Origin: an uncultured Gammaproteobacteria bacterium
GTDB taxonomy: Bacteria > Patescibacteriota > Microgenomatia > UBA8517
Direction of reading: 5' to 3'
DNA: 64,000 nucleotides
Assembly: GCA_964587425.1 (NCBI GenBank)
Contig: CAZPLB010000002.1
Location: 102,053 to 166,052 of the forward strand
Below are positions 8,536 to 18,666 of the stretch, in pieces. Below the pieces are notes generated by a model. It did not search any database. It saw only the letters and a program-made list of their open reading frames with translations, and was not told where the DNA came from. Position 1 is the first letter of the stretch. Each line of letters begins with the position of its first letter. A program made the translations under genes and the position numbers.

Positions 8536-8563
8536 TTTACCATTAATCGTGATAAAATAGCGT

Positions 8564-9337
8564 ATGAAAAAGAAACTTGCAGTATTCACGATTATCCCTC
8601 TTCTGATCCTTGGTTTTCTAATTTACAAAAACCAAAAAACTAGCGCCACAAGAACTCTTGGCCAAGAAAATGTTACCAGTGAAATGGAGACCACACCAAA
8701 TGCAGTCTCTTTTACACTAAGCGACCAAGAAATATCAGTCTCCCTTTGGAAGGCAAATCCATGGAATCTAAAGTTAATTCCAAACTTCATCAAAAAACAA
8801 GGATCAAAAGAATTTGGGATAACAAGTTCCTGTAAATATCTTGCAAACGCAGGGTTTTACTCCAAAGAAAACAATCCTATTGGCCTTTTCATAACAAATG
8901 GGGAAACTATTGGTAAATGGCAGGAAAATAATCTCCTCGATGGAATACTCACCGTAAACGAATTGATGACACCAAGAATTACAAGAGTAGTTCCAAGAGA
9001 CTCATTAAATATTGCAGTTCAAACTGGACCGATAATAAAAGAAAATGGTTCATTCATTACTCTTAAAATAATGAATGACAGTTTAGACAGACGATCTGTA
9101 GCAGGTATTACTGGAGAAAATGAATTATATTTTCTGAGTTTTTATGAACCCAATTCAAATTACTCAGGTCCCTTACTTGCAGATCTTCCAACTGCGCTAA
9201 AAACGTTTGAGGAAAAAACTGGAATAGTGTTTGCAGATGCAATTAATCTTGATGGCGGTTCTGCATCAGTTTTCAAAAACAATAATACAAGCTTGGAAGA
9301 GATTACCCCTGTCGGAGCATTCTTTTGCCAACTCTAA
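8564..9337 (+). CDS. phosphodiester glycosidase family protein (NAGPA-like, DUF2233-type), membrane-anchored
   Basis: N-terminal TM. Motifs NAGFYSKENNPIGLFITNGE, ITGENELYFLSF and ADAINLDGGSASV match the family (NLDGGGS). Confidence 0.55.
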   Translation: MKKKLAVFTIIPLLILGFLIYKNQKTSATRTLGQENVTSEMETTPNAVSFTLSDQEISVSLWKANPWNLKLIPNFIKKQGSKEFGITSSCKYLANAGFYSKENNPIGLFITNGETIGKWQENNLLDGILTVNELMTPRITRVVPRDSLNIAVQTGPIIKENGSFITLKIMNDSLDRRSVAGITGENELYFLSFYEPNSNYSGPLLADLPTALKTFEEKTGIVFADAINLDGGSASVFKNNNTSLEEITPVGAFFCQL

Positions 9338-9851
9338 CGCTAGCTACATCCCGCTCTATAACTCCCTCTAAAACTGCATCAGGATTATCCATAACTTTGT
9401 CATGGGGCCAAAAGCCAACACTAACTAAAACATTTTTTACAAAACTTAGTCTTAATTCTTTGAAACCCTCACCATTCTTTAATCCCTCCAGTGCATCTTC
9501 CATGATTTCAAATAATTCCACATGTTTTTCTCCATCCCTTGTTACTCTCCCTAGTACTTCACAAAAATAATATGCCAAACTTACTTTCTTGAGATCTTTT
9601 CTTACTGCATCATATGAATCAATAACATGAACCTCAGTCAAAATATCAAGACTCTCCCCCTTCACAGCAGAAAACTTAATGTGATTAAAAATTTCTATTC
9701 CACCACGCTTCCGGCTAGTTACCTTCCTTACTCCCTTTGCCATATAGCTAATCTTCCCATGATCTTTCGTAAAAAGAATGAGTATTCGGTCAGCCTCACC
9801 ATATTTTTTGCGGGCTAAAATAAAACCCTCTGAAGAATACGTTTTGTGCAC
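9303..9851 (-). CDS. recO: DNA repair protein RecO (short form)
   Basis: N-terminal OB-fold signature SEGFILARKKYGEADRILILFTKDHGKISYMAKGVRK. 182 aa, typical of a reduced genome. Confidence 0.8.
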   Translation of the reverse strand: MHKTYSSEGFILARKKYGEADRILILFTKDHGKISYMAKGVRKVTSRKRGGIEIFNHIKFSAVKGESLDILTEVHVIDSYDAVRKDLKKVSLAYYFCEVLGRVTRDGEKHVELFEIMEDALEGLKNGEGFKELRLSFVKNVLVSVGFWPHDKVMDNPDAVLEGVIERDVASVRVGKRMLRQG

Positions 9852-9873
9852 AAAGTCATTCTAACACTCTGAT

Positions 9874-11898
9874 TTAAATCTTGAACTTAAATTCCTGATC
9901 AGTTTTGAGAATCAAATCCTGTGTTTGACGTCCAACATTAACAGTAGATGTAATTGAATCTATACCGGGCTGCTTTTGAACTAAGACTTTGTACTCACCC
10001 TTCACATTAAATGGCAATTTATACTTCAGTGTAATTTTTTGTACCCCTTGTGGACGAAGCGTGTATGCCCCTGCAAAAACTGTCTTACCCAGGTCCTCAT
10101 ATGGATCAACCTTTGCATCAAGTCCATCTACTGAAATAAGAGTGCTTCCCTTTGGAACATAAATTCTTACCCAAGAAGGAAGAAGTGAATTAAGCCAGCC
10201 ATCATATCCTTGTGAGTTTTTGTAGGTTATGGTTACTGTCTTTGTTACACTTCCGTCCCTGCCAATACTCACGTCCTGGACTATTTCATTTGTCACATAT
10301 AAATTAGACTTCCTTCCTCCCAAATTAGCATCAGAAACAAGTAGATAGTCTCCTGAATATTCTTTTACTCGTCCTGCAATATTAAATGACTCAACTCCAG
10401 CTTGTGCTTTGGGATCAAGCATGTAAAAAAGTATGTGCTTCTGAGTCAAAGAATCCCACGCAGCCTGAAATAGCGCCGGTATTTTTTCTTTTGGCTGTCC
10501 CATTGCGTTTCTCAAAACTGAGTTCATCAAAGGTCCCACTATCGCTTTTCTGTTGTAATAATTTGCAGGTGCAAAAATAATCTTGGTTGGATCATTTTGA
10601 TCCCACACAACTGATCCCTCAACATCAGCAAAGCTCTCAAGTTCAAATATAACCTTTGGACAATTGCACTCTGGTGTAATTGTGGTGTTAAAGTTTCCAT
10701 ACCCTGGCACTCCAACATTGCCAATGACAGCAAGCACATTAACAAGAGTTTGGGTATCAACTGCAATTATTCCATCTATCTTTCCAATTCCAGCTTTCTG
10801 TGCCTCTTTCACAAAAGTATCCATGGCAACTTTGAAATCAGAATCAAAGTTCATATCGCGAAGCCTTAAATTTCGGTTCAATAAATATGGTCCTTTAAGA
10901 TATTTAATAATTGGGTCAGGGGCTGGAATAGTTGGTTTGTATGCTTTATCAAGGTTATATATATCATTTGATGAAACCGCAGAAACTTTACCTTTGCTAA
11001 CTGTCATAACTGAGTACCCAGTAATAAACCCTCCAGTCGGTCTCAACTCTTTGTCATTTTGAAAGATAACCAAGTAAGTTCTGGGGCTATCAATTCCCAT
11101 TAAGTATGGTGCCTCTTGAAGAAGTGGTTTACTCTCAGAAACCAATTGTGTTGCCTCGTTAACTAGCGCCAGTCCTTGCCTCAATGGCTCACGAACTTTC
11201 TTGCCCCCAATACTCTCTGGATATCTATTTGCGTCAATTTTATTAAATTCAGCACTTGCCAATTTTGCTTTCTCTGCAATCTGATCAACTTTTGGAAGAA
11301 CGTCCTTTATGGTACTAACCAAAAATTGAATTCTGTCATTCGCACTCTCCTCACCGCTTTGTGCCTTCTTTGAAGCGTCCCCAGTAAAACCAATAATATC
11401 AGCATATGGAGCAGCGGTATCAATTGCAATTTGGGCTGCATCAATTCCATAAATGCCTCCCTGAATTGCAGCCTCGCCATCCCTGTAGTAATTGCCAAAA
11501 ACCGGAACAACCTTTGTCCACACAAGCAATTTATATGAACCCTGAAACGATCCCAAATCTCCATCTAGCTTCGAAAGCGAAGATTTAATATCATTAATGT
11601 TTTGTTTGGCAACAGCTGCCTTTACTCCATCAGCATCAGCTTTCAACACCTTTGCTTTGCCATAAATGGCAAATCCTGGAATACCAATCAAAAGTACCAA
11701 GGCTACAACAATCAAAACTAGTACTCCAGCCACCCCCAAAAGTATCTTCTTCATCTTTTTTCTCCTCTCGCTTGGAACCTTTGGCTCAAGATCATGGCTT
11801 GGAGTATTCTCTTCACCAAGAGGCTCGGTAAGAGAAGAATCATTCATTTTAATTTCAGGAATTTCAAATCCATTTGCCTCAAGATTGTTTTCATCCAT
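9874..11898 (-). CDS. DUF4012 domain-containing membrane-anchored extracytoplasmic protein
   Basis: Acidic N-terminus, one TM (ILLGVAGVLVLIVVALVLLIGI), then the DUF4012 signature SPRTYLVIFQNDKELRPTGGFITGYSVMTV. Confidence 0.6.
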   Translation of the reverse strand: MDENNLEANGFEIPEIKMNDSSLTEPLGEENTPSHDLEPKVPSERRKKMKKILLGVAGVLVLIVVALVLLIGIPGFAIYGKAKVLKADADGVKAAVAKQNINDIKSSLSKLDGDLGSFQGSYKLLVWTKVVPVFGNYYRDGEAAIQGGIYGIDAAQIAIDTAAPYADIIGFTGDASKKAQSGEESANDRIQFLVSTIKDVLPKVDQIAEKAKLASAEFNKIDANRYPESIGGKKVREPLRQGLALVNEATQLVSESKPLLQEAPYLMGIDSPRTYLVIFQNDKELRPTGGFITGYSVMTVSKGKVSAVSSNDIYNLDKAYKPTIPAPDPIIKYLKGPYLLNRNLRLRDMNFDSDFKVAMDTFVKEAQKAGIGKIDGIIAVDTQTLVNVLAVIGNVGVPGYGNFNTTITPECNCPKVIFELESFADVEGSVVWDQNDPTKIIFAPANYYNRKAIVGPLMNSVLRNAMGQPKEKIPALFQAAWDSLTQKHILFYMLDPKAQAGVESFNIAGRVKEYSGDYLLVSDANLGGRKSNLYVTNEIVQDVSIGRDGSVTKTVTITYKNSQGYDGWLNSLLPSWVRIYVPKGSTLISVDGLDAKVDPYEDLGKTVFAGAYTLRPQGVQKITLKYKLPFNVKGEYKVLVQKQPGIDSITSTVNVGRQTQDLILKTDQEFKFKI

Positions 11899-11951
11899 AT
11901 GCCTTAATAATACACTACATTTGGCTTATTGGCCAAATGATGTAAAACATT

Positions 11952-12602
11952 TTAGCTAGCTCCTTTTCCAGAAATCATTGCCCAGGGGCTCTTCAAAAGA
12001 ATAATGATATCAAACCAAATTGATTTACGTCTCGCATAATATGCATCCATTTCGATACGTTTATCAAAATTAACTTCACTTCTTCCCGTGGTTTGCCAAT
12101 AGCCAGTGATACCAGGCTTCACGGTCTGCATCTCCGCAACATACTTTTCTGTGCCAGGAAATTTTTGCTGTTGCTCAATGAGCTCATCGGGTAGATATGG
12201 TCTTGGACCAATAACACTCATTTCTCCTCGAAGCACATTAATAAGTTGGGGTATTTCATCTATTGAATGTCTGCGAATAAATTTTCCAACAGGAGTAATT
12301 CTTGGATCATTTGTAGGTTTATAGTTCCCAGAGCTATGCTTTTCGTCATATGCAATTCGATATTTTGGATGAGTTTTCTCCAACACATCAGCATTAACAA
12401 TCATTGATCTAAATTTATAAAGTCTAAAAATTTTTCCATTTTTTCCCATCCTTCTCATATGTGAATTACTCTTCTCAACAAAAATAGGTCCTTCAGAAGT
12501 CAATTTTATAATTATTGAGGTAATTAAAATAACAGGCGAGAAAACAACGAGAAGAACCAAAGACAAAAAAATATCTAAAGTTCTTTTGAAAAAATTATAC
12601 AT
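11952..12602 (-). CDS. polyprenyl-phosphate glycosyl-1-phosphate transferase (bacterial sugar transferase; priming PGT, WbaP/WcaJ C-terminal-domain type)
   Basis: FKRTLDIFLSLVLLVV...IKLTSEGPIFVEKSNSHMRRMGKNGKIFRLYKFRSM...VIGPRPYLPDE is the canonical small-PGT signature. Confidence 0.85.
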   Translation of the reverse strand: MYNFFKRTLDIFLSLVLLVVFSPVILITSIIIKLTSEGPIFVEKSNSHMRRMGKNGKIFRLYKFRSMIVNADVLEKTHPKYRIAYDEKHSSGNYKPTNDPRITPVGKFIRRHSIDEIPQLINVLRGEMSVIGPRPYLPDELIEQQQKFPGTEKYVAEMQTVKPGITGYWQTTGRSEVNFDKRIEMDAYYARRKSIWFDIIILLKSPWAMISGKGAS

Positions 12603-12610
12603 ATTAAAAG

Positions 12611-13693
12611 CTACTCCACATACTCTGGTTTTTCTTTTTCCAATTTTCCAAATAATTCTTTCACCTGTGCTGTTTTATTAAGATCGCAAACCAGGAGTCC
12701 ATTAGCAGTATCAATAACAGCTACATTATTTAGTCCAATTATCGATATCATTTTTTTACCCGGCCCTATAACTAAGTTTCCTTTAGATTCAATAAAATTA
12801 ACCTCAGCTCCCTCAGTCACGTCAGGTTTTGCTTCAGTTGCAAAAGCCTCGTAAAAAAGCTGCCATGTTCCAGCGTCCCTCCATCCAAAATCAAGGGGAA
12901 TTGTAACCCTTTCTCTACTTGGAATCTTTTCATAAAGGCCATAGTCAATAGAAATCTTCTCGAATTTATGGTATTCCCTAAAGAGTTCTGTCTCCCACAT
13001 AGGGGTATTGAGTTTATTCATAATTTTCATCAAACCTTTGTAAACTTCGGGTGCATATTTCTCGTAATAGGAAAGTAATATATCAGACCTCCAACAATCA
13101 TATCCAGTATGTATCAGGTAATTTCCTGATTTGAATAATTTCTTTGCAGTTGCCAAATCTGGTTTCTCAACATGCTTTTCAATCTCAAATATTTCATGTC
13201 CTGAAACTTCATCTACGGATGCCCCCATCTTCACCCATCCATTGTGAATACTTGGATAACTTGGCATTTGATCAATAGAAATAGGCTTGCCAGTTTCCTC
13301 TGTGTATTTTCCAGCTAACTTGGCGACCTTTAAAAATAACTCTTCTTTATCAATTATGTGGTCAGCCCATGAGAAAAATATTGCCTCTCCTGGGTATCTG
13401 GCATTAATAATTGCCGTGGCAAGACCAATCGCCCCCAAATTATCCTTGCGTTCAGGTTCCGCTATTAAATTCTTCTTTGGAATTTCAGGAGCTTGCTTCC
13501 TTACAAACTCAAGATATCTATCCTCTGTTGAGATAAAAATATCTTCAGGCTTAAATGCTTTTTTAAATCTATGAACAGTAAGCTCGAAAAATGACTTTCC
13601 ACCAATGAGTGGAAAAAACTGCTTTGGAAAACTCTTTCTTGAAGCAGGCCACATCCGTGTCCCGAACCCTCCGCAAAAAATGACAATCTTCAT
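12611..13693 (-). CDS. mannose-1-phosphate guanylyltransferase (sugar-phosphate nucleotidyltransferase)
   Basis: N-terminal KIVIFCGGFGTRMWPASRKSFPKQF corresponds to the GGxGTRLWPLSR motif of ManC/CpsB-type GDP-mannose pyrophosphorylases. 360 aa with no PMI domain. Confidence 0.75.
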   Translation of the reverse strand: MKIVIFCGGFGTRMWPASRKSFPKQFFPLIGGKSFFELTVHRFKKAFKPEDIFISTEDRYLEFVRKQAPEIPKKNLIAEPERKDNLGAIGLATAIINARYPGEAIFFSWADHIIDKEELFLKVAKLAGKYTEETGKPISIDQMPSYPSIHNGWVKMGASVDEVSGHEIFEIEKHVEKPDLATAKKLFKSGNYLIHTGYDCWRSDILLSYYEKYAPEVYKGLMKIMNKLNTPMWETELFREYHKFEKISIDYGLYEKIPSRERVTIPLDFGWRDAGTWQLFYEAFATEAKPDVTEGAEVNFIESKGNLVIGPGKKMISIIGLNNVAVIDTANGLLVCDLNKTAQVKELFGKLEKEKPEYVE

Positions 13694-14754
13694 ATTAGTT
13701 TTTCAAACTCCTTTTTGAATTTCTCCTTTGAAAACCTTTTTGCATTTTTCGTAATTTTGTCTTTACTCAATTTCGATTTTTTAAATCTTTCAATTGCACT
13801 AATTAAACTACTCACTTCAGAATCTTCAAAAAAGATTCCAGTAACACCCTCAATAACTGTATCAAGTGCCCCGCCCTTCTTAAAGGCGATAACAGGTGTA
13901 CCTGTGCTCTGCGCTTCAACTGCTACTAAACCAAAATCCTCTTCCTGTGGAAAGAGAAGTGCGCTTGCACCTTTATAGTATGTGAAAAGCTGGTTGTCTG
14001 TCAATTTGCCCAAGAATTTTACATTCTTCTTTGCCATTCTCTTAAGTCTTCCCTCCTCCCTCCCCACTCCAACAATGTAAAGAGGAAGCCCTAGTTCATT
14101 AAATGCTTCAATTGCCAAATCAACTTTCTTGTAGTTAACTAATCTACTTACTATCAAAAAATAATCCCCACTATTTTTTTTCACTTTTGTATTAAATTTC
14201 AAATCGTCAACAGGTGGAAAAATAATCTCAGATTCCCTTCCATAATATTTTTTAATCCTCCCTTGAACTACGGTTGATATCCCAACTAAAATGTCAGGTC
14301 GCGCTGCTGCAGCCAAATCCCATTTCCTGAGGTACGATATTGCTGGTTTTGAAATTTTTTTTAAATTTCCGTTTCCCAGATACTCATCATAGTGACTCCA
14401 GAGATACCTTGTTGGAGTCAAACAATATGAAATATGTTTTGTGTGACCCTTTGTAATTATTCCCTTAGCCGCCTCACTTGTGACTGAAATTACTAAATCA
14501 TAACCATCAAAGTTAAAACTCTCAAATGCAAGTGGCATCAAAAGAGGAAGATACTCATGGTTTCGCCTTGCACGAGGAACTTTTTGCAAAAATGAAGTTA
14601 TAATCTTTGGAAACACCTTTGCCCAAGGTGCACCTTTCTCGTCATATACAGATGTATAAAGAGGAGCATCTGGAAACATTTCATGTAGTGTAAGTAGAAC
14701 TCTTTCAGCTCCTCCCCATTTATTTACCCTATCGTATACAATCGCAACCTTCAT
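13690..14754 (-). CDS. GT4 (GT-B) glycosyltransferase
   Basis: C-terminal EEDFGLVAVEAQSTGTPVIA (EX7E). Start chosen at MKVAIVYDRV; the ORF extends back to 14802. Confidence 0.8.
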   Translation of the reverse strand: MKVAIVYDRVNKWGGAERVLLTLHEMFPDAPLYTSVYDEKGAPWAKVFPKIITSFLQKVPRARRNHEYLPLLMPLAFESFNFDGYDLVISVTSEAAKGIITKGHTKHISYCLTPTRYLWSHYDEYLGNGNLKKISKPAISYLRKWDLAAAARPDILVGISTVVQGRIKKYYGRESEIIFPPVDDLKFNTKVKKNSGDYFLIVSRLVNYKKVDLAIEAFNELGLPLYIVGVGREEGRLKRMAKKNVKFLGKLTDNQLFTYYKGASALLFPQEEDFGLVAVEAQSTGTPVIAFKKGGALDTVIEGVTGIFFEDSEVSSLISAIERFKKSKLSKDKITKNAKRFSKEKFKKEFEKLI

Positions 14755-14938
14755 ATATTTGGTAGTATATAATAAATAATATGGATGACTACGAAGACTC
14801 AAAAGTAAAATCTCAAGCTGAACTCAGAGTTGAACTTTTACTCCAAAAAAAGATAACTAGAGAGCAATATGGCTATTGGCTAAGAGCAGAAACTCAAGAC
14901 TCAGAAGACTGTCTACTCAAGAAAAACACTTTACCATA

Positions 14939-16013
14939 TCACCTCTGTGGCTCACCCGAAAGAAGATAAACTTCCAAGGTCTCTCTTGCCATTTTCTCCC
15001 ATGAATATTTTTTTACAAATCTTTTTCCTTCATCAATAATTCCTTTTCTTTCCTCATCTTTCATCTCCATAACTTTTCTCATTGCTTTTTCAATAGATTC
15101 AACACTAGTTGGATCAAAGTAAAAAACTTTATCCTCATACACTTCCTTGAAAACTGGAATATTTGAAGCAAGTACAACCGTTCCAGCCTTCATCGCCTCA
15201 AGCCCTGGTAGTCCAAACCCTTCAGAAAGTGATGGGTAAAGAAAACCTAGAGAATTTTTATATAATTCATCCAACTCCTCATCACCCACATATCCTAGTA
15301 ACTTCACATAATCATCTGCTCCGTGTTTCTTGATAGTTTTTTCCAAGCGCTTTGTAAAAACATTTCTTGAAGAAACAATCAAAAACTTAACCTCCTGCTT
15401 CGAAGTTTTCGTAAGCATCACAATTGCTTTTATGGTTCTCTCCAAGTTCTTGTGTGGGTATGCATTCCCCACATATAGAAAATAATTAGACTCCCTCATA
15501 TGTTACCTCCACCTTAACAGGATCGATCTTGAAATAATCAACAACTTCAGCTTTTACTGTCTCGCTTGGAACAATAATCTTCAAGGATGAATGTATGGCA
15601 TGCTTGAAAACTTTTTTGTATGCAAACCGCTTCACATGGTAAAAAGGTAGTGGAAGAGTTGTGGCCTCCCTCCCTTTTTGCTTGTGCATCAATATATCGT
15701 GAATGGTAACCACAAACCTCCCATTAAATAAAAGCGGAACATTGAAGTGCAAGAAATGTGTGATATCAGGCTCATACTTATGAATTATCTTTGGCAGTCT
15801 TATTTGTTCAGTCAAACTATAATGTTTGAAGTCAGCTAGTATTTTCTCCCAATTGTCTGGGAAGGTTAATTCATCAAAGTATTTCTTGCGAAGTAAAATT
15901 AGATATTCATTTTTAGTATCAATTTTGGCCAATTGATTTATTAGATTCATTGAATATCTTCCAAGACCTGCATGCTCCAGTCCATAAAAACGCCCGTCTA
16001 TAAGTATTCTCAT
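14939..16013 (-). pseudogene. GT4 glycosyltransferase split by a frameshift into two ORFs (15486..16013 N-terminal half, 14939..15499 C-terminal half)
   Basis: The upstream ORF carries the GT4 N-domain (MRILIDGRFYG..). The downstream ORF begins exactly at the conserved FLYVGNAYPHKNL and carries EGFGLPGLEAMKAGTVVLAS. The two overlap by 14 nt in different frames and total about 360 aa, a normal GT4 length. Confidence 0.5.
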
Positions 16014-16882
16014 ATAGGAACAACAACTCGCACCAATCTCAAAAACTTAATGCCGTAAATCCCTACAATTACTGCCATATTAAGTATTAGCGGATAACGG
16101 TTCCAAAGTCTATTCTTGTAAAAAATTTCCATCGAATTCACTCCTGCCATTACAAAACGCATTGTCCTTCTGCCCTTTTTACTGGCCTTTTTAATATGAA
16201 GTATTGAAACCTTTGGATAGTAAATAATCTTAGCACCAGTTTCCTTTATCTTCCAACACAAATCAATATCCTCTCCATCAAGAAAATATTCCTCACTAAA
16301 CCACCCCACCTCATCAAGAAGTTTCCTGCGAGTTAGAAAGTATGCCCCCTGTATTACATCAACTTCTTGTATCATGTCTGAGCTTTCATATTGATGCCAA
16401 TATCTTGCAAAAATTCTGGATGTCGGAAAAATTCTATCGAGTCCGCTAAAGTGAGTAAAGGAAACCCATGGAGTTGGAAAACTGCGTCTAGCATCTTTAT
16501 CTAAATTCCCATTTGGCAAAATAGTCTTGCAAGTTACCGCTCCAACATCGCTGTTTTCATCCAAGTATTTAAGAGTCTCATTAATTGTGTCTTTGTAAAC
16601 CTCAGTATCGCTATTCAAAAATAAAACATATTCGCCCTTCGTAAACTTTCTTGCAGAGTTATTCCCCCCTGCAAATCCCAAATTCTCTTTATTTACTACA
16701 ACCCTTACCTTAGATTTCCTGCTACCCAGTAAACTACTGGTAATGCGCTCACTCTCACTAGTACTGTTTTCAACCAAAACTATTTCGTAAGTAATACCTT
16801 TTGCATGGGCAATTACAGAATCAATACATCTGAGGGTCAAGTCTTTAGTGTTGTAATTTAAAATAATTACAGTTAATTTCAT
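16010..16882 (-). CDS. GT2 (GT-A) glycosyltransferase
   Basis: MKLTVIILNYNTKDLTLRCIDSV, then FLNSDTEV (DXD). Confidence 0.8.
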   Translation of the reverse strand: MKLTVIILNYNTKDLTLRCIDSVIAHAKGITYEIVLVENSTSESERITSSLLGSRKSKVRVVVNKENLGFAGGNNSARKFTKGEYVLFLNSDTEVYKDTINETLKYLDENSDVGAVTCKTILPNGNLDKDARRSFPTPWVSFTHFSGLDRIFPTSRIFARYWHQYESSDMIQEVDVIQGAYFLTRRKLLDEVGWFSEEYFLDGEDIDLCWKIKETGAKIIYYPKVSILHIKKASKKGRRTMRFVMAGVNSMEIFYKNRLWNRYPLILNMAVIVGIYGIKFLRLVRVVVPI

Positions 16883-16883
16883 G

Positions 16884-18080
16884 TCAATTATTAGTTACTT
16901 CTTTGTATATAGGATCATGCAGCTTAACAATTTCTCTCCAATCAAAATTCTCCCTCACAAATTTTTGTCCCGCCTTTCCAATTCTATCTCTTAATTTAAA
17001 ATCTTTTAAAACCCGCAGTGTCTCGGTGGCCAATCCTTCAGAAGTATCGCTAATTAATACTTCCTTTCCATTTTCCAAATTTAGTCCTGCAACTCCAAGA
17101 CTCGTTGAGACAACAGGAAGCCCAGCAGCCATTGCTTCAAGTACCTTAAGTCTTGTCCCACCAGACCCTTTAATGGGTGCAACCATCACGCTCGCCCCAA
17201 GATAGGCATCTCTTGCATCAACTATCGATTCTGTTATCTCAATATCGTTCCTCTCCTTAGAAAGTTTAACTATAGATTCCGGTATTAGTCTCCCTGCTAT
17301 CCAAAGTTTCACACCCATCATTTGTTTTCGAATCTTTGGCCACACCTCGTCAATTAAAACCTCGACTGCCTCGCGGTTCTGAAGCCACTCAAAGTTGGTC
17401 ACCCCATACATTACTCGAGGCGGAACTTTTCTGGCCACTTTCTTGGCAACGTAATATGCTGTATCAACTCCATTTGGAATAACATCAACTTTAACACCTG
17501 TCAATTTCCCAAGCATGAATTCGCGGTCGGCGTCCGACACTGCAACCAACCTATTTGTTTTCTTCCAGTAGTAAAGTTCCCAAAAACGAAGCTTCAAAAT
17601 ATCAATGTAGTAAATCGGTCTCAATAGAAAAGGAACTTTAGTATCTACATAATGTTTATAAACCATATATTCAATAGTCTGTTCAACCAATATTGATGGT
17701 ACATTTGTTTTAGGAATATGGGGCATAACATAAAATGCCTCAGCATGGATTAAATCATACTTCTCACTCTCAAGTTCTTCCTTGATTGCTGCTTTTTCAG
17801 CAAATGAATAATTCCTGATAACTAGAAGTGGATACCAGCCAAATGCAGTTAAGAGTAAATTTCTTAAGGTCCAAGGAGATTTAGGTCTCATGAAGACTCT
17901 CACCTTTTTACAATATTTTTCAAGCTCCGGAACAAATCTCTTTTCTTTTTCATCTTTAATTAATGAAAACAAAGTAATCTCATGAGTTTTACTCATGTAT
18001 TTAATAAGATTGTACCATCTAGTCTGCCCACCAGAGGTTGACGTATTGGGAAGGAAAGGAACAAGCATTAATATCTTCAT
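16884..18080 (-). CDS. GT4 glycosyltransferase
   Basis: KGSGGTRLKVLEAMAAGLPVVST C-terminal GT4 motif. 398 aa. Confidence 0.8.
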   Translation of the reverse strand: MKILMLVPFLPNTSTSGGQTRWYNLIKYMSKTHEITLFSLIKDEKEKRFVPELEKYCKKVRVFMRPKSPWTLRNLLLTAFGWYPLLVIRNYSFAEKAAIKEELESEKYDLIHAEAFYVMPHIPKTNVPSILVEQTIEYMVYKHYVDTKVPFLLRPIYYIDILKLRFWELYYWKKTNRLVAVSDADREFMLGKLTGVKVDVIPNGVDTAYYVAKKVARKVPPRVMYGVTNFEWLQNREAVEVLIDEVWPKIRKQMMGVKLWIAGRLIPESIVKLSKERNDIEITESIVDARDAYLGASVMVAPIKGSGGTRLKVLEAMAAGLPVVSTSLGVAGLNLENGKEVLISDTSEGLATETLRVLKDFKLRDRIGKAGQKFVRENFDWREIVKLHDPIYKEVTNN

Positions 18081-18117
18081 CTAGCTAAAGTATATCAAAT
18101 ACACTACAATCGGAACC

Positions 18118-18618
18118 ATGACAAATTGTGAAATTTGTAAAAACTCCAGAAAATGCCTTTTTGATGGGATGCCTCTTGATTACCTCTTTCAAAATCTAGA
18201 TCAAACCAATGGAGCAAAATGTGTTGAAGCAGGAAAGATAATATCAAATAGTCTACATATCCAAATTACTCAAGATACTTTAAACGGATATAGCCAAAAT
18301 GAGACCACTGAAATAGTAAATAAAGTATCGATACCTCTTGAAGAATATTTAGACTTACCGAATTTTTTTAATAAATTGAGGATGCCAAATAAACTTCAAC
18401 CTATTTTCAAGGAGATTGTGAAAGTAATAGACAAAAACGAGGAATATCCATTAGACATGCCCATGGGTGATGAGATATATACAATCCTATTCGAAAGCAA
18501 TGTCGATAGTAAACAGAAAATAAAAATTTTGAGAGCAATTGTTGTGGGAGTTGCACTTTGGACAGTAAATACTAGGGGAAAAGACAGAAAATCTATAGAA
18601 CCTCTAAGTTACGAATGA
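18118..18618 (+). CDS. hypothetical protein
   Basis: 166-aa ORF on the strand opposite the surrounding cluster. No recognisable motif. Confidence 0.3.
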   Translation: MTNCEICKNSRKCLFDGMPLDYLFQNLDQTNGAKCVEAGKIISNSLHIQITQDTLNGYSQNETTEIVNKVSIPLEEYLDLPNFFNKLRMPNKLQPIFKEIVKVIDKNEEYPLDMPMGDEIYTILFESNVDSKQKIKILRAIVVGVALWTVNTRGKDRKSIEPLSYE

Positions 18619-18666
18619 TCAACGACCACAAACCTTTTTTCCTGAACCATTCGCTACCAAACTTGG

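Noticed and set aside
10386-11588. Several 60-132-aa ORFs on both strands inside the DUF4012 gene
   Set aside because: They are nested within a larger conserved ORF and have no motifs. These are spurious frames.
14803-14938. A 136-nt intergenic gap, the largest in the window, examined for a tRNA or small RNA
   Set aside because: It has no GTTCRANYC T-loop-like box, no acceptor-stem complementarity and no cloverleaf-compatible inverted repeats. The overlapping 62-aa plus-strand ORF (14781..14969) is hydrophilic and low-complexity and unsupported.
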